Of a DNA stretch of 10,339 nucleotides, positions 6,900 to 10,339 are shown piece by piece. The position numbers and the translations under genes were made by a program. The notes under the pieces were generated by a model. The model saw nothing but the letters and a program-made list of their open reading frames with translations, was not told the DNA's origin and did no database searches. How positions within the stretch are numbered: position 1 is the stretch's first letter; every line of letters begins with the position of its first letter. Source of the DNA: Paraspadella gotoi (taxonomy: Eukaryota > Animalia > Chaetognatha); the NCBI GenBank assembly GCA_051294375.1, contig JBJCIZ010000538.1, positions 1-10,339 of the forward strand. Reading direction: 5' to 3'.

Positions 6900-8250
6900 A
6901 CCGCCTATCGAAGACGCGGACTTGCGATAAAGGCTTTAGGAACCCCTGGACCTTAAGCAAACTTCGTCTCCGTGCCGAGCTGCATTATTGTCTGGGTCCG
7001 CGGGAAAAGCCTTGCAGCCTTTAAAGAGAGGAATGGATCAGCTCCGCACATGACGTACCTCCGATCGAACGACTTCGCCAGAAATACAAAAATCCACAGA
7101 AGGAGGGGAATTCCGGTCAGTGAGTAGCTTTCGCAAGCTCTTCTCTCGCGAAGAAGACTGCCACTACCAACGTCGAGATTCAGCCAAAGCTGAATTAAAA
7201 AAAGGAACAGATGCCCGACATTGAAGCTGCATCCTTGCAGTGGTCGCGAGCAAGCGCAATAGCTTCTCAGTCCAAAATAAGTTGCGGATCTACGCCAGAA
7301 GCTGTGAGAGACACCGCCAATGATAGAACTTAGGCCTTCTTTGCGGTGGTGGAAGGACCAGAACCACATGGCGCCAAGCAGACGGCCCCCTGCATCTCTT
7401 CATAGAAATGCGATACGTTGAGCTGCCTTGAAAGAGCAGCCGATTTTCGCGATCCTTTGGAAAACGGCCATCAAATTCCGGTGCAGGAGACACAAGTATT
7501 CCTTCATTTGCGCGAGGGTCCAAAGACAGCAGGCGAAATCCATCAACCCATCGGGCATAAATAGAATCTGCCGTTGACGGGCGCTCCCCAACCCTTGGCG
7601 AGCACGTACCCGTAAGAACAACAGAACGCCCTAGCTCCTTCCATGCGACACACCACCTCCGAAGGAACTGATGCAGGTCTTGCTATTGGGAATAAAAGTC
7701 TCCAAATGCCCACTGGCAGCATCTAGGAAGTGGAAGAGAGTTCTCCTCCTCCGAACCAGAATGAATCATCGTCCCCGTGCAATAGGCAATGCAGAAGTAG
7801 ACTTGGAGACGAACTAACTCCACCAATGTATCCCGACTTTAGGACATGAAGATGCCGGTGTTAGCATGGACAAGTCATTTCGGCGCAGCAAAGCGCGGAC
7901 TTGATCACTGGAAACGAAATCCGAGCCACAGCCAGTTTAGAAGGTTTTGATGCGGAGACCAAAAAGTTGACATATTCCCAGGAGCCCCAAATGAAACCAT
8001 CGTCACATTGAAAAGAAAAAGAAAAAATTGATTCAGATAAGCGCAACCAAAAAAGACAAAAAAAACCCCCGAAGCCGCTCACCTCACCTGTGGTTGCAGG
8101 AAGTGCACGCGCCGCGATGACCCAACTGGGGAGGAGGAGCCAATGAACGAAATTCCCCGGCGTTTCATTTGGGAACCATAAATTCTATCATGTAGCTTAC
8201 CTCTCCACACGTAGGGTATTTGCTTCCAGTAAAAACAAGAGCGCCGGAGG
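6900..8250 (-). pseudogene. Probable DIRS ORF1/Gag-like region, frameshifted and possibly intron-containing
   Basis: Lies directly upstream of the RT, with coding-like GC content. Fragments include ELIHSSL/AARLFP (~7045-7002) and Cys/His-rich pieces at 8218-7960. Motif support is weak and the call is mostly positional. Confidence 0.45.
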
Positions 8251-9240
8251 ATAAAACAAAGAAAACAAGACAAAGTCGAATTGGTGGAGCGAAAATAATC
8301 GAAAAAATTTCACTAATGTATTGCCAAGAAGGCATCAATTCACAAATAAAGGATGAACATTCAACTTCACGTTGCACGAAGCCCATATCCAGATCGCAAA
8401 GGAACGTTGAACATCCTCCACTGCTTGCCTGACAAGAAGGCGAAGCACCTCCTGTATAATTGCCAAGATGTGATTCGTATTCACCGCTAAGAGCCGAAGT
8501 CCCTAGTAGGCGAATGGCACCACGTCCTCTTCCCCTACCACCCATACGCCGCAGAATAAGCTCGGTGCACCCGGCCTCGAGGCCGCCAGGAGAACCACCA
8601 GCGGCGGGGTCGCGGACCTCGGCGGCCGCCCCTAGCGGGCATTGTTCACCCGCCACCTACAACAGCAGGGGAGACAACACTGACGGCCGTTACGGCACGA
8701 GGTTTGGGGGAAGGAGGACGACGAGCGGAGGGGAACCCCAAAGAACGGCCCCTAAAACGACGCAAAGAACCCCCTGCGCGGCGAGTCAGACCCCCATGTT
8801 CAGGGCCCTGCTCGCTCGCTGTTTGCACCTGTTACGCCTGGTGCTCGATTCGGTTTTGGCGAGACTCGACATCTTGACAAATAAACCGAAACCCGACTTC
8901 GAGATTCACCCCAAACTGAACGAAACAAATCTCCGGAAGGGAAAAAGAAGTTACCGTAAGATCCAAATTATTTCCAAAAAATAATTGCGAAAAAAAATTT
9001 CTAAAAATTGTCAAGAAATATTCAAAAAACCTCCGTAACGACAATCGTGACACAAAAAAAGTGATTTGTGGCGTGCGCTTTCGCTGAGCTAAGTATCTGA
9101 AGAGAGGAAGAGCAGGAGGAGGTAAGAGCAGGAGGATCCTGCTCTTCCGTTTCCTATCTTTGTCCTTCTGTGGACCAACACTGCAACATCTGGAAACAAA
9201 AGAGCAACTAACTTCGTGGAAGGGCATACATGATAGAATT
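8181..9240. repeat. Pair of 14-bp perfect inverted repeats about 1.06 kb apart, with a gapped inward extension
   Basis: AATTCTATCATGTA at 8181-8194 and TACATGATAGAATT at 9227-9240. The match is certain but its biological significance is not. Confidence 0.5.
9106..9148. repeat. 13-bp direct repeat followed by its inverted copy
   Basis: AAGAGCAGGAGGA occurs at 9108-9120 and 9124-9136. TCCTGCTCTTCC at 9137-9148 is the reverse complement of GGAAGAGCAGGA at 9106-9117. Confidence 0.9.
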
Positions 9241-9292
9241 GTTGTGAGTAAAAGACTTCATCTTTATCCAAAACTCAATTTTTAAAAACCAC

Positions 9293-9305
9293 AAAAAAAA
9301 AAAAA
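9293..9305 (+). repeat. A13 homopolymer within an A-rich (minus-strand T-rich) tract
   Basis: Directly visible run of 13 A. Confidence 0.85.
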
Positions 9306-9729
9306 TATTTGCAAGACAAACAACGAAAAAAAAGAAGTGACTATAAACAAAAAGTTCAATCTATTGAACCCTTGAACACCTTCTCTAGTCTGGTGGTGAT
9401 ATCCCGATCACCAACGGTCGTTACTACACATGACCTCCCCCGTCTCTACTCGCCGAGCAGAGGGACCACACACCTCTCGTATATAGCAATAAGCAGACCA
9501 ACTGCCTCAATCCCGGTAGGCAACCAAATTTTAAAATCAGCACGCACAGGCCTGGCCCATCCTTATCTGCAAAAGAGGGGCATACTGCCAGGTATTTAAA
9601 GTCAAATTAGTCGCACTAGTCTTTCCTCACGGAAACCATACCCTGATCCCAGTTGACTGCCCACAATATGTACGGATTTCGATACAGGCTCTTTGCTTTC
9701 ACGAGCTGAAGAAGACAACGGAATCGCCA

Positions 9730-10339
9730 ATTTAACACTTTAAATTAAGTTCAACTTAACTAGCAAAAATCTACTATTATAACGATTTACTTAAAATCAA
9801 AATAAATTAGTATCTCTGGAACCGATCCGGAGACTAAGGAGTCACGATCTGTACTCAACCAATTTCACCCATCACTCCATCTCATTTACTATAGACCACT
9901 CATTCCAATATGTTTACACTATTTTCAACAAGATTAAGCAATTTATATATGATTAAGACAAAGAAACATCATAATACATTTCTCTATTTGCTAATCTAAT
10001 CTAGTCAGGCTATCCTTCAATAAGTTTCCTTGTTAACGACTGCTTGATTCTTCTCTTTCGCCCGTCACAAACAGCTAATTTCTTCCTAGCATTATTACAT
10101 GTCAGCCTGTCACAGATCATTAATGCTTTTATCCATTGTTAATCAGTTCTATGATCCGATCCTATTCACTTCTTACTGTATGCTGTCGCTTCACTCTGTC
10201 TTTGAGAGACAACATTACGAACTCCTTATTTATTCTGAATTATCTATAAATCGCTTTGATTATTTTATTAAGCGTTTGATTTTATTATTGAAACAAAATA
10301 CAAAAACTTTAGTTCTGGAAACAATTTTATCCTTTTGGA
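9730..10339. other. AT-rich non-coding flank (host intergenic or intronic DNA)
   Basis: Visible drop in GC content after ~9730; no ORF of 60 aa or more in the track and no recognisable motif. Confidence 0.55.

Larger units (their letters stand above)
4791..8250 (-). mobile_element. DIRS-type (tyrosine-recombinase) retrotransposon, frameshift-riddled; recombinase not in window; 5' boundary uncertain (possibly up to ~9730)
   Basis: Collinear minus-strand motif series: gag-like region, pre-RT G(G)RLQHF, RT, RNase H, MT-like domain. The RT-RH-MT order with no protease or DDE integrase is the established DIRS1-like layout. Confidence 0.82.

Noticed and set aside
5112-8273. Many short ORFs as independent small genes
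   Set aside because: Minus-strand ones are frame fragments of one disrupted DIRS coding region; plus-strand ones are antisense shadows.
9293-9305. A13 as the poly(A) tail of a LINE, SINE or retrocopy
   Set aside because: No upstream AATAAA at a suitable distance, no target-site duplication seen, and it is embedded in a generally A-rich tract.
8460-9599. ORFs 8460..8984(+), 8832..9227(-) and 9309..9599(+) as real genes or an env-like gene
   Set aside because: Low-complexity translations of GC-rich or A/T-run sequence, with no domain motif or convincing envelope architecture.
9745-9759. Near-palindrome TTAAGTT-C-AACTTAA
   Set aside because: Short and in AT-rich DNA, so expected by chance.
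1-10339. Prokaryotic RT systems (retron, DGR, group II intron), CRISPR arrays, tRNA or rRNA genes
   Set aside because: Both RTs have eukaryotic LTR/DIRS motifs and context. No repeat-spacer array is present. The only tRNA-related sequence is the 13-nt PBS.

Overview
Eukaryotic (probably invertebrate animal) repeat DNA containing two retroelements, both on the minus strand. (1) 1..~4790: a near-intact Ty3/Gypsy LTR retrotransposon with CsRn1-lineage hallmarks. These are a tRNA-Trp primer-binding site, a Gag CHCC motif (C-x2-H-x9-C-x3-C) and Pol PR-RT-RH-IN with a GPF motif. Pol appears to be expressed by a -1 frameshift at G_GGA_AAC followed by a predicted H-type pseudoknot. The 3' end lies outside the window and the visible 5' LTR is only about 70 bp at most. 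(2) ~4791..~8250, possibly to ~9730: a heavily frameshifted DIRS-type (tyrosine-recombinase) retrotransposon. Its RT, RNase H and adenine-methyltransferase-like (MT) motifs can be read by stitching frames, and a probable Gag may have an intron-split Cys/His-rich N-terminus. The Gypsy element abuts the end of the DIRS MT domain, and no recombinase is visible in the window. Beyond ~9730 is AT-rich flank. The dense single-base indels in the DIRS part may reflect unpolished long-read error rather than biology. I found no evidence of a wholly new system; the interest lies in recoding signals, a variant protease active site, the nesting junction and possible introns.
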